From positions 806,001 to 870,000 of the forward strand of contig JBBPEB010000005.1 of the NCBI GenBank assembly GCA_039096225.1: a stretch of DNA of 64,000 nt. The letters run 5' to 3'. Source of the stretch: Blastocystis sp. Blastoise (Eukaryota > Protista > Bigyra: Opalinata). Shown here piece after piece: positions 1 through 17,022 of this stretch. Position 1 is the stretch's first letter; every line of letters starts with the position of its first letter. The notes beneath the pieces are model-generated. The model ran no database searches. It saw only the letters and a program-made list of their open reading frames with translations, and was not told the DNA's origin. The translations under genes and the position numbers were made by a program.

Positions 1-475
1 TAATATATGACCTGAATAACCAGGAGGACAATCAATTTGATCAACATCATGAGCATCGGTTTCTCTCCATTCATTCTCTTCAGGGCATCCTAAAATTAAT
101 GAAGAATTTAGAAAATTTAAATATATATTTAAAATGAATTATATCTATATTTAATATAAAAAAAAAACATACTACATTTACTTTCGACATCACCCCATAT
201 AGCAGCAAAACTACCATTAGGTTCTTCTTGAAATATACATATTCTTCTATAAAATCCTAATCCAACACAATTACTAAAGGCAGACTTTCCTAATTTAGTT
301 TGTGGCCAATGTTTTCCTTCATATTCTTCTGCATCACAGTAAGCCTTTGATATTGTTGTAACATGTGCGTCAGCTATCATAAAGAATAACACAAATAGCA
401 AACAAATCTATAGTATCATGATTGATTTTTTAGTTTTTAATATATGATCGTATATACATAGTAAATCTGTCTCAT
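1..475 (-). CDS. Secreted/surface protein with Cys-rich HormR-like modules (runs off left edge)
   Basis: ATG at 475. Spliced MRQIYY|ICLLFVLFFMIADAH (signal-like)...YCDAEEYEGKHWPQTKLG...C|CPEENEWRETD. The same C-x-EGxWPxT module occurs in the 26900-33308 protein. Confidence 0.7.
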
Positions 476-1203
476 ATTATTTGAATAAAGATCTCTAAAT
501 TATGTGTAAACGTTATAAAAAGATGAAAAACCTTCTATAAATCCTTGTTTTCCTCTTTATGAGAAAAGCCTGAATAATCACAAAACTTCTGTTTTTAAAA
601 GAGGATTTTTTATACTTTTAGATAAAGAAACATTTTTATTCATTTATTGTTTGTTTTGTTTCTCTTTCTGAATAACATTCAATTAAGCGATGGTATATGA
701 TATACATTTACTATTTTAAATAATTATTGCTTCGTCATTCATTAGATTCAACTGGAAATCTTGATAATGCTCAATTAAGTTGTTTTATATATTTTAAGTT
801 GTATTTTTTTTTATTTAGATAGTAATTAAAGAAACTATGTTATTATGAAAGGCCACTTTAACTGATGATCACTCTTAATGTGATCATGTTAGTTTTATTG
901 AGTACTCTCAGTATTGTTTATTCATCATGTAACTTTGTACAATGATATTAAAATACTCAATCATTATAAACGAGAGTTAAATAGAGTATTCAACTACTTT
1001 TTTTTTCTACTTTTTTAATAATAGTTTTCAATGAATTCTATTTCATATACATGTACTACGTAAGTTTAAATTATATTCAAAGTTATAATAAAGAACAATC
1101 AGTACTTATATCATTTTTCTTCGTTGACTAATTGGAACAATGATTTTCCAGGTTTTTTTAAACGAACTAAACATTTTTAATTTTTTTCTTATATAATTTT
1201 AAA

Positions 1204-2760
1204 ATGTTCAGATTTGTTGCTATTGTCTCAATAGTTTACGCTTTATCTATACTCATTTGTGTACAATACGTATGTTATTAAGACAGTTTTATTAGTTCAT
1301 GTAGTCATTTCTTGATAAATCAAAATCAGCTATTCGTATTTTGTACAACAATGACGATCAAGACCCTTATTATGAAGTTTTGACTGATTCAGATAGTCTT
1401 CGGAATGAAATAGACAATGTTGATCCTAAGTATGTGTGACTAAACATGTTTTTTAATGATATTCTGATTAATTCTATGCTTTAATAGTTGTTTCTAATTT
1501 ATTCTTTAATTGTTTTTATAATTTATTTAATATATATAGTCTCATTTATGGACATTTACTTCATTTTTTGGATAAGAAAGAATACGACGATAGGTTAAAA
1601 CTAATAGAAAGAAATCATCGAGATTATCGTATTCCATATCCATCTACTCATTTAATTGATGACATACGTAAGAATGCGTTGAATAATGAAATTGTTATTA
1701 CTTTTATAACTCCAGAATATATTGAAATGTTTTTGATGTTTTATTATAAATCAATTATTCCTCATGATATCAAAAACTTTCTCGTTTTTGTCAGTGACCA
1801 AAATCTTTATCGTGTATATAATTTGTAATATGTTTTTATTGATAGATATATATCTTTTTATATTATTCATATATATATATATATTTTTTTAATTACTTTT
1901 TTGATAGAATTATTTTAATAATTATAATATATATATATATATATAGACTTTAAAATCAGAATCTATTCCTTGTACTTTAATAACTCAATATAAATCTTAT
2001 AATAAAAAGAATATACAATATGGTACACAAGGGTTTATAGATATAGTAAATATGAAGACATTATGTATATTATATGTATTAGAACAAGGATATAATGTAT
2101 TATTTACGGATGTCGATATTATCTTCTTAGATAATCCTTTATATTATTTTAATCATACTTATGATATTAATGCACAAATGGAAGGATATTATGAAATCAA
2201 AGAAATTAATAGTGGATTCATGTATATAGGATATTTTAGGATTGTAGTTTATTATTATTATACTTTATTATTATTTCGATTTTATGATTTTATTATTATT
2301 TTAATTATTGTTATGGTATTATTATTTTATTATTATTATTATAGTATTCTTTTATTTAAAATAATAAACCTCATTTATGTATACTATTCTTATTTTTTTT
2401 TATAATATAAAATAATATATGTATATATTATCTTTCAAATTCATAGGTATATACATTCAAATATGCATACATTAGCGTGTTTTTATAATGCTTTTTCTTT
2501 ATATCTAACACAAAACATTCGTCAACAGACAGCAGTCAATGATGCCGTGTTCAATCTTATACCCAATTCTCTTTCTTTAAATGAACTCGATATTTATCGT
2601 TTTCCCATGGGAAATGACTTTTTTGTTGAAGGAAATCATGTATTTTTAGATGATTCACCATGTATATATTATTATACTTATATTATATATATATTTATTT
2701 GTTAATGTATATATATATTATTTATTATATTTTTATTTTTTTTTTTAATATTTGAATCTT

Positions 2761-2791
<31 letters not shown>

Positions 2792-4336
2792 ACTTTATAA
2801 ACTCTTTATTTGCTATATTTATAATTTTTTTTTATTAATATTTAAAACATTATATCTATTTTATTTATTATTATTATTATTATATATATATAGGTGAGAC
2901 TTGTATAATAGTACATAATAATTGGATCAAAGGTATTGATGCCAAGATATATAGACTTAAAGAAATAGGTTATTATTATCCTTCTTCTTCTTCTTCTTCT
3001 TCTTCGTCAAATGATTATTATACAAGTAGTACAAATAATTATCTTACTTATTCTATCTCAAATCATCATGTATCTATTGGTATATATATATTTATATATA
3101 GAGAATCATATAAATAATAATATTATATATATATATATTAATATTCTTAATAATAATAAAAATATATATTTTTATATTATAGAAACTCAATTATTATATT
3201 TAAAATCAATGATTGCATTATCTCTTCAATTAAATCGTATTCTTGTTTTACCTGTTTTCTATATACAAGAAAGAGATATTGATATATTAAAAAGAATAAG
3301 TAAGTATAGAATACAAGCGGCTATACATAAAGGAATATATATATCAAAAACAAAAATGACAACAAAAATTGATAAATCTAAAAGTATATATATATATATA
3401 TATTGTTACATTCTGTTATATCTTTTTATATTGATTATATATATCTGTGGTTTTATTATATTTATTATTATATATATTAAATATATTATATATTATATAC
3501 TATCTATTTACTATAGTATTTAATACATTAAATGCATCTAATATAACTTCACCCTCTCCTTCTATTCCTCTCTCTATGTATAATCCTTATTATATACAAA
3601 GAGAAACAGATCCTAAGTATAATATGAAAAAATTAAAAAAATTAAAAACAGAAGAACCTCTTTCTGTAGGATTAAATGAAATTATATGTATTAATAAATT
3701 TAATAAATATTATCAAAATTATTATAGAGAACATGTATATAGATATATTTATTTTTTTTATTTATTATATAATTAATTATATACTATTTATATACTATAT
3801 TTATAATATATATTTATTTTTATTTATTATATAATTAATTATATACTATTTATATACTATATTTCTCATTATATATAGTCTTTCTTTAAGAATCCATCTA
3901 TACCTGCTTCCCTCTCTTCTTTATATTTAAATAATAAAGGCATATATTTCACTAGAAGTCCTCTAGACAATAAACATAATCCACAAATATCCTTTCTATA
4001 TTATTTATTCTATTTATTATAATATTTATATTTATTCTATTTATTATAATATTTATATTTATTCTATTTACTATTATATATATTATCTATATTATCTATA
4101 TTATCTATATTATCTATATTAGTACTCATTTATTATATATATCCCTTAATAAATACTCTATTTATTTACCTCCTTCCTCACCTATTGAAACTATAACTAA
4201 ATTTCTACGTATATATAAGAATCAGAAAATTCTTGATCTTCACAATCCTCCTTTATTTAATAACGCTACATTAAATACCTTTATACATCAAGAATCATTC
4301 ATTCCTTCAATTGCTGATCAAAAATATTGCTATTAA
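1204..4336 (+). CDS. Nucleotide-diphospho-sugar transferase (GT77/PF03407-like), type II membrane glycosyltransferase
   Basis: N-terminal TM, LEQGYNVLFTDVDIIF (DxD), INSGFMY, HNNWIKGIDAKIYRLKE, LNRILVLP. Ten exons splice in frame, the last via an AT-AC intron. Confidence 0.85.
3987..4156 (+). other. U12-type (minor) AT-AC intron, phase 0
   Basis: 5' ATATCCTTT, branch TCCCTTAAT (4142-4150), 3' AAATAC. Removal gives an open frame ...HNPQ|SIYLPP... to TAA at 4334-4336. Confidence 0.88.
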
Positions 4337-5026
4337 TATACACTATTAAACACTTTTGACCTTTTAGAACATATGATTGGCAAAATAAACTATTCTATCC
4401 AATCAATTTTCTTAAAACGTTAAAATGTCTAATAGTGATATCTTTATATATATATTTATTTATTTATTATTATTACTATTTTATATTTTATTTATATTCA
4501 CATATATCTAACATTTCCATCTTCTTAACATTCTATACAGAATCCTTTATATATATTTAATGAATTTTTTCTTGTATGTAAATCTATATATACTATACTA
4601 TTTATTAGTAATTATTACATTTATATACACATCTCTAAATATCTACTTTCTATTCTATTATAAAATATTAATTCATATATGTTAGTATAATAAAATATTC
4701 ATGTATATATATTTTCAAAAAAAAACAGTTCTATCACTAGTTTTTATTATAGCTCATTTTTTAAACTATTGGATTGATAATAGTAATAATAATGTTTTTC
4801 TGTTTTTAATTACATCTGTTTTATTTAATTGATATGATATGCTTATTTTTCTATTTTTCCCAAGAATAAAAATATTTTTAGTTGTGTTTATTCATAATTA
4901 TATAGTATATATTAAATATTATATAAAAACAAAAAAACATAAGAATAAATATATAGAGTATTCTATAAAGTAATTTTTAAAAAGTGTAAAATAAAACAAG
5001 TCAAAAGTCAAATATATATATATATA

Positions 5027-8004
<2,978 letters not shown>

Positions 8005-8392
8005 TTCTATAGAGTCTATCGATCTTTAACGTTTAAATTAACAAGAATAATCAACTAGAAAATTCTTCCTTAGAAAACACAAAAAGTTTTTGTATACAAA
8101 TGAAATGAGTTTTTTTTTATTTGTTTATGAATTAAATGAAAATATGTGGAATGAGAGTATGTGAACTATGTGTAAACTATAGAATAAGACTATTCAATGA
8201 GAGAAATAACAAAATTTTGTACATTTTGATTAACGATTGAGTTCATCTTCATGATATACATAGTTTCATATTCTTAAAAAACCCTTTTAATCAAGTTTAT
8301 TGTGTTTTCATCTTTAAAAATTAAGAGAATGTATATAAAAAAAAGAAATGCTTCTCTTGCAATGAAAAATAATTTAAGATAGTTGAGTATTC

Positions 8393-8545
8393 AAATAATT
8401 AATTTAAGAATAGTTAAATAATTACTTTATGAATAGTTAAATAATTATTTTAAGAATAGTTAAATAATTAATTTAAGAATAGTTAAATAATTAATTTAAG
8501 AATAGTTAAATAATTAATTAAGAATAGTTAAAAAATTAATTTACG
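8393..8545. repeat. 23-bp intergenic minisatellite, about 6 copies
   Basis: Unit AAATAATTAATTTAAGAATAGTT; GAATAGTT recurs at 8408, 8431, 8454, 8477, 8500 and 8522. Confidence 0.9.
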
Positions 8546-8606
8546 ACTATTCACCGCTAGTTATGATACATAAAACAATACTTGGTAAACAAAAAAATAT
8601 ATATAA

Positions 8607-9654
8607 TTAAAGAGTTTTGGAAATATTTTTTAAGAGCGTACATAAAGTATATTTATATTTCCATGAGTTCCAACGATTATAGAGTTTATTCCATAAATTA
8701 TCATTCAAAGAATATGATGAACATGAATTCTTTATAATACGAAGAATTTCCATTAGAAATTGAATTAATAAAGAATTCTCTTTAGAAATAGTTTTGAAAT
8801 TATGATCCATTAAAATAGGAAAGAAAAAATTGAAGAAATAATCAACATAATTATAAAATTGACATTTTTGAAGAATAGATTTGATATTTGAAAGGTAATT
8901 AAAATAAAGGAAATAATAGGATATATATATATACTTTATTGTATAAATAACTAAGGATATTAATAATGAATAATTATATAAACACTCATTTTGAGTATAT
9001 AAACTGTTCCAGAAAGATACTGATTGTTTCTAATAATAAAAGAATATATAAAAAACGTATAACTTATCAGAAGAAGATTATATATAATGAAGATAATAAC
9101 GAATAAATATATATATATACTTCTAATTTTATATATAATGTGGATGAGATTGATTCTGTGCTTATAAGCCATTGAATTATTTGTTCTTCGTCTTCTTTAG
9201 ATAAAGATAAACAGTCTTCATCACTAATTTCATTATTTTTATCATCCTATATAATATTAATAATTTTAAGTATTATATATGCATACAGATTCTCTATTTC
9301 TTGATACAAAATTATCAAAGGGAATCAATACAGGCTGCATTAGAGAGTCTAGATTAGAAGAAGGCTCTGTGAAAATGTATCCATTTTCTTTTTCTTCATT
9401 CTCATCAATAGATATTTCAGTGGGAATCCATAAATACTCCATTTTTGCTTCATCTAAGAAATACATATTCGTAGTAGAGTCGACATTTTCTGTGCTACTG
9501 GAAATATTTAGTGCATTTTGCTGAATTTTTTCTAGTAACGACGACAAATCAACTATAATTATTGAATTATAAGTATATTAAAATATTATAAGTTACATTT
9601 CGGATCATTTTTTTGTGTTTTAATTTCATTCTCATCAATATCATCCCATTCCAT
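8607..9654 (-). CDS. Hypothetical protein (5 exons)
   Basis: MEWDDIDENE... splices in frame through three GT-AG introns and one AT-AC intron to TAA at 8607. No family recognised. Confidence 0.75.
8895..8960 (-). other. U12-type AT-AC intron, phase 0, 66 nt
   Basis: Minus strand 5' ATATCCTTAG, branch-like TTTCCTTTAT, 3' TAATTAC. Joins ...YNYSLL|LSNIKS... in frame. Confidence 0.82.
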
Positions 9655-9871
9655 TATTCGAACTATTTTTGTTTTTGAAAAATTATTATTTATTAATATA
9701 TATATGTTATAGAGATATCGGAGAAACACCTAAAAAAGATTTTTATTTAGATATAAAAATAAAAATGAAAACGATGATAACGAAAGGAATTAAATAATAA
9801 AAATTATAAATTGCTGAAGCTTTTTTTAAAAATATAGAAAAATAAAAGAAAATTAATAATCCAATTTTACA

Positions 9872-10892
9872 ATGACAGATGATTGCATTTCTTTAGTATC
9901 TATTTTATTGAAGTCTAGAAACAATCTCAATCATATAGATGGGGAAATATCTCCTTAATGGTTGGACAATGCTCAATGAGAATTGTCCTAACAATTGTAA
10001 TGTATGTGAAATGTAGTTAAAATAATGCAAAAAACTATTTTAATTATTGTGATTAGGTTCCTTTGTTTCGAAATAAAGAAAACGAACTTGTGTGTCCTAA
10101 TTGTGGCCCTATTTCAGCGGAATCTACATCAGAAACAGATAAGAAAGAAGATTCTGAAGGATATAAGAATGAAGATGTAATTAGATCATCATATATATAA
10201 TTTTATATAGGACATAATGCAAATTGAAGAAGAAACATCCAGTCAAAAACGTCTTTTTGAAGAAGACATAGTTAGTCATTTTAAATCTGATGATGTCACC
10301 AAGTTAATTGGTGAAAAATTATTACAGGTAATGTTTGTTTGTTTATTATTTAATTAATTAATTATTTATTGAATTAGAATTGATTTTTAAAAAGTAGATA
10401 AATGCATAGAATACTATAAATATAATATATTTCTTCTATTCTCTAGGGGTGGACTATGTTAGAATCAAGTTGTATAGAGTGTCATGTGCCCTTAATGAGA
10501 GATCATGAAGGAACTGAAATCTGCTTAAAATGTAATAAAATATATAATTCAAAAGAAAATATAAATAATCAAATTTCTATTGATGATTCAAAACAAGTAT
10601 ATATATAGTTTAATAAATATATATATTATTTCTTAAGGAGAAAATAGCAAATAAACCATCAATTTCTTCTATAAAAATAGGTATATATATATATTCCTAT
10701 ATCTATCTATATGAATGAATAATTATAAAATAATTCTTTATAGACTCTTCAACAGATATTTCTATATTAAAATCAGAGATTCATAAATATCTCCTTCAAC
10801 TGGAACAAGAAAATAGTTTAACAAAGAAAACTGATATTCTTTCATATATTAAATTATGTACAGAAACAATCAATATGTTAAAAACTATATAA
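9872..10892 (+). CDS. ZNRD2: SSSCA1/ZNRD2-like zinc-ribbon protein with two Auto_anti-p27 repeats
   Basis: MGKYLLNGWTMLNENCPNNCN|VPLFR...CPNC and IGEKLLQ|GWTMLESSCIECHVPLMRD...CLKC; 7 exons. Confidence 0.85.
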
Positions 10893-11709
10893 GCTTTATT
10901 GAATCATTTAAGTAGAAATCGTATTTTGTTGTGCATATATTTGTATATTAATTGTTTAAAAAAATAGTTTATTAAAATACATATTAGAAAAAAAAATATT
11001 TATATTCAAAGTGATACTATGAATATTAAGTAGTAGTAAAATATAGATATATATTTGTATATAATTAAAAATAATACTTTCCACTTATAATCTATTTCTT
11101 TCCACTTTGATTCTAAATATGTTTTTAGATATTTTACAGAAACATATTTATAAATAACATTAAAAAAAGACATCTCATTATTTACCTATAATACTTATAT
11201 TCTGTTTAAAAACAGAATTTATTCATTTATTTATTATTCTTAATTCACTTTTTTGGATATTTTTTATCAACATGTATATTTTACAACATAACGTTTTTCA
11301 AATCCCAATAACAAACTGATTATGAATGCATTTGATACTGTTATTGGTAAACTATTCGACTAATCTTCTTTACAATCATCTGACAATCCCCTGAAAAAAA
11401 CTAAATTGTTATAAATATCACTTAATATATAAAAAGCATTGAAAAAACATATAAAAAAGTGTTTTTTATATTTATAAAACACTCTCCAAAAATGTTCTTT
11501 CAGTAAGGTTTGTATACTAAGGAAGTTTTTCTGTATACCTTAAGAGCCTAAAACGTACCCTATAAACTGTCTCTTTTAGGAAATGTGTACCCCAAGAGAG
11601 TCTTTGTGTCGAAATCTTTTTATTTTCCGCGTCGCAATTATGTCGAGTGACGTAGGAAGGGACAAAATAAAAATTCGTTTCATTTTCTATTTAAGATATT
11701 AATATAAAA

Positions 11710-13529
11710 ATGCATTTCTTTTTGTTTATTTCTATCTTATTCACCATTAGTAAGCAAATATATATGTATATATATAAACCTTTGATTTAGGTATTTCATC
11801 AGCTGCTCAATTAAGAGATGAAGATGTCACCTTTCGCTATGAGTTCCTCTGTACAAATGGATACACAGATATATGGAATGTATCGGGCATCGTTGGTGGT
11901 AAGGAAGTATTATTGCGTAATATAACAAGTAATTTTTGTTCAACTGTTTCAAAAGGATCCTTTATTATTGATAAAACTGATGATCTTAATTATAAGTTGT
12001 GTTTCCATACAAAGTAAGTTCATATCTATATTTTTATGTATATATTTTTAACATATAGATCTTCTTATAATATTGATTCCTATGTTATAATTTACGATAA
12101 AGATGATAATCTACTTATAAGAAAACATGCACTTTATAACAATGACTTTTGCTCTTTTTTCACAAGTATTATCATATATTTTTTATGTGCTTATTTTTAA
12201 CATTATTTATATAGTTCGAAGACCGATTGATACTGTTTCTTCGTTGGCTTTTAAGAGAGGGGATGTTCCTGATAATTGGTATAAAAAGACATTTGATTCT
12301 TCTTCTTGGGAAACTGTTCAAAATGGTCAACAAACTAGTTCATCCAATGAGAATCAGTATTATAGAATATCATTTGAAGAGACTCAATTTGATTTAATGG
12401 CTGCTTATAACCTTCATTTACAATTAAATGGTGATATAACTATATATATGAATGATATACAAGTGTATAAAACATTATCTATTAATCCGTATGTTATTAT
12501 TATATAATAGATGGAACTTGTTTAATATATTATATATATAGAGATAATACTGAAGAATTAAATAACATGCAGTATATATAATAGTAATAACTATTATATT
12601 ATTCTTTAGAATCATATTAAATGCTTATACACTTCAAAAAGATAATATTCTCGCTATTTGTATCAGTAATCCCGCGGGAATCTCTCAAACAAATTATATG
12701 TCTATTTATATGACTCTCTTCTTTGCTACTGAAGAAGGAAGTATATATATATATATTTATTATTATATATATATATTTATTTATTTTTGAAATATGTATT
12801 ATATGTATATTATTATATATATTTATTTTTGAAATATGTATTATATATATTATTATATATATATATTTATTTCTGAAATATATATCATATATATTATTAT
12901 TATTATATTTATTTCTGAAATATGTATCATATATATATTATTATTATAATATATTTCAATATATATATATATCAATCAATTTAAGAATAAATCCTATATA
13001 TATATATAAACTAGAATGTGCACAGACCATAGGGGATCACACAACAGAATGTAACGGTTGTACGACATGTGACGAACTCTATGACGGTAGTATACGTCAT
13101 TCTTGGAAATCTAGTACAGATAATAGTACTAATACATTATCAATACTTAATAATATGTATATATATATATATATATGATTAGTTATGGATTGATATAATT
13201 ATATATATATATTGTTTTTAATTTGTTTTCTATTCTATATATTTTTTCTTTTTTATTTCTTTATTATATTAATAAGTTTAATAGAATTTTTTTTATTAGT
13301 ATATATGTATTAATATATAGATATACTGATATTAATCGATATATATTAATTCCGACTGAATACATTGACACACCACCACATACATTTTTCGTTAAAGTAC
13401 GAAACACAAATGATGACGCATGGAACTTTATTGACTCTAATGAAAATGCTGTTTATCCTGAGAATATGAATATATATGATATAAATGGATATACTATACC
13501 TCATCAACAATTTCAATTCTATGCAAAGC

Positions 13530-13619
<90 letters not shown>

Positions 13620-14319
13620 AATAATCCCAATAAAATGAAATATTTAGTCAACAACGGACATTATGACGCACAATTACGTGAAATGTTTATGATGACGTGT
13701 AATCGTGTTCCACAACCGTTTATTTATCAGAAATACAATTATACTTTCTATCTTGGAGACACGAAAAAGAATATTATTCCCGTGAATAAGGGATATGGAG
13801 CAATTTCAATCGAGCCATCACTTCCCCGCGGTTTATCCATGAATCTTGAGAATGGTGTTATCTTTGGAATTGTAAATATTATTTTTATTTAGTTATTTTT
13901 TATTTATTAAAAAATTCTTGTTCTTCTTATATATATATATTTAGTTATTCTTTATTTATTATTATCATTTCTTTCTCTTTTCTTATATATATATATATAG
14001 GGTGAAGAAATAACTACTCCTAAAGTATATACAATTACAACTCAATATCCATATTTATTCACTACTTCTATTTCTATTGCTATTTCTCGTATATATATGT
14101 ATATATAATAGTATTATTAAATATAATATGTAGATAATTTAAATAATACTAATTATTGTTATAATATATATATATATAGCATGTACAAGCGCAGCTATCA
14201 AAGTAGTACGATATTATTCTGATTATTATAGTGTCAATTATCAAATATTCACGATTATTCATATGGAAACGAACGAAATATTAATGGAAGAACTTGAAAG
14301 AACAGTTCAAAAAGAAGAC

Positions 14320-14379
<60 letters not shown>

Positions 14380-16946
14380 TTTATGATTATTATTATTATA
14401 TATATATTATATATATAAAGACAACATTGTATTATAATTATTGTGTTCCTATTGGTCATTATAACATTACATTAGGAAATTCAGAGTATTTATATATACA
14501 TATATATATACATAACCTTTTAGTTAATTTCATTGTTACATCTTTTTTTATGTTTTCTTTTATTCTCAAGAATATATATATATATTTATAGTGGTAACAG
14601 TTGGGATAAAGATTCCTATCTTTCAATTTATTTAACAAATAAACCAATAGATAAATGGAAGAATGAAACAAATCTTGATGGATATTCACTAATTTTTAAA
14701 GAGAGAAATGAACTTTTTGCCTCAAAAAACTATATTCTTAATTGTATATATATGTTTTTTAATTTTTATTTTTTTTTAAATATTTTTATTATATATATAG
14801 TACAATATGCTATTTCTTCTCAATCCGAATGGAAACACAATGAGGGATCTATTCCATCTGATTGGTTCTCTTCTACATTCGATGATTCTCAATGGTCCAC
14901 AATAACCGTGGGAAAAGACACATTATCTAAAGCTATTCATATATATAGAAAGAAGTTCACATTAACTTCCTTTGAATCCTATGACATGGGAGAACTTATG
15001 GTGGAATACTATTCTGGAATAGTATTATATATTAATAATAAGAAGATCTTTATCAATCATATTGAAGAGAATATATATAATATATATATTATATATATTA
15101 TATATATAGACCTATTACAACTTCTTCTACTGCTAATGGTCATTATGATGAATTAATATATAGAAGGTATATATATAGTAATTATTCCTTTTATTTCTCT
15201 ATATATATATATATAGATTTACTATTCCGTTCCATTATCTTCAACCAGGAGAGAACGTCATTGCCGTTATGATAATCCCTCATAACGATGAACCATCAAC
15301 CAATTATTTCGATTTATCTTTGAGAAATGTTGGTACAGGTATATTCTTAAAATAGTTTATATTTTTTATTCTTTATCTATATGTATATTCATTTATATAT
15401 ATATATATTTCAGGTGATACACGTGCATATATGAGTCCATATATATATTCTGATCAAATTAATGCATTTGATACTGATTATAAGACTATATATTCTTTTG
15501 AACCGTTGAAAAATGATACTATTTATTATCTTAATACACTAGATGAGTATATATATATAATATTGTCTCTAGTCAATTATCAACAATATATATATTTCTT
15601 ATTTCTTCATATTATATCAGTTTTCTCAGAGTATTAGTATAATAAACATATATACATATTACTAATATATCATAGATATTAATTATATCTCTATATACAT
15701 ATATATAGATATTCTACTATTAATATGTATACTGTAACAAGTAATTATGAAAATACTGATTATCGTCCATATGATTGGATTCTTCAAGGACGTATAAATA
15801 ACCACGGGAATGAACCATGGATAGATATAGATACACAAACTTATGTAAATTGGGATACTAAATTCCAAAGAAGAGTTTTTGGAATCCCGCGGGAAAAACA
15901 AGGTTTATATAATGAGTATCGTTTAACTGGTCTAAAAGGTGTTAATAAAGAATTACAAATATATCAGATCGAATTCTATTCGAATTCACTTGCTGTGGAT
16001 TATCCTTCTTTCGAATATTCTCCAAATGAAGTAGCTGTATATGTAGATACATATATACAAGAAATGATACCTACCTATTCTTATTATTATACTAATTTCC
16101 ATGTTGATCCCTCTTTCCCTGAGGGATTGACTATTAACGCCAGAACTGGCTCTATTCGAGGGACTCCAAGAGAATATACTGATGTTCAACAATATACTAT
16201 TACAGCTACTACTTATAATAATAAGAAAGTGAGTACTACTATCAAGATTCAATATAAGAAATGTTATGGAGATCAGAGTGTATTAGACATTGAAATGAGA
16301 TATAATAATATATATCGTTATACAACTGTACTCTTAATGAATGATACATTAAAAGAAGGAAAACCTGTTTTTAAAGAAACAGAACTCACAGATGTTTATA
16401 GAGAGTATATATATATGTATATATATATTAAAATAGTATTTTATATATAATAAATAACAAATAGAATAACCTAATTATATATTCATGCTAATTGATAATA
16501 AACAATTTTTCTTGATATTTTTTTATTTTTTTAGTTTTTTTAATAAATTATAATAGTAATAATTATATATATTATTATAGATTCAGAGATCCACAAGAGT
16601 CAATTGATTTGATTCGTCATTATTATATTTGTATTCCTCATCATTTATATACCCTTACTATTACTCCTGATAAAGTAGAAACAATGACACTTCCTTATGG
16701 TTATTCTATTCGAAATGCTGCCAAAACTGTACTAAATAGCGGGTCATTTGATGAGGGACATCGTGAAGCTTCAATTCTATTGGATACTACAATGCCTGTT
16801 GAATCTGGAGTTACTTCTTGGAGTTATTTAGCTTCAGAAGAGAATATAGGTGATTGGACAAGTAAATATTATGATATAAGTTCCTGGAAAAAGATGAAAG
16901 AGAATAGTATAGAAAATAATCAAAAGAGAAATATATACTTTAGAAC

Positions 16947-17022
<76 letters not shown>

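Noticed and set aside
860-930. Possible C/D snoRNA (TGATGA boxes, ATGATCAC/GTGATCAT hairpin)
   Set aside because: No suitably placed terminal D box or recognisable rRNA guide.
8393-8545. CRISPR-like array
   Set aside because: Head-to-tail repeats with no unique spacers, in a eukaryotic context.
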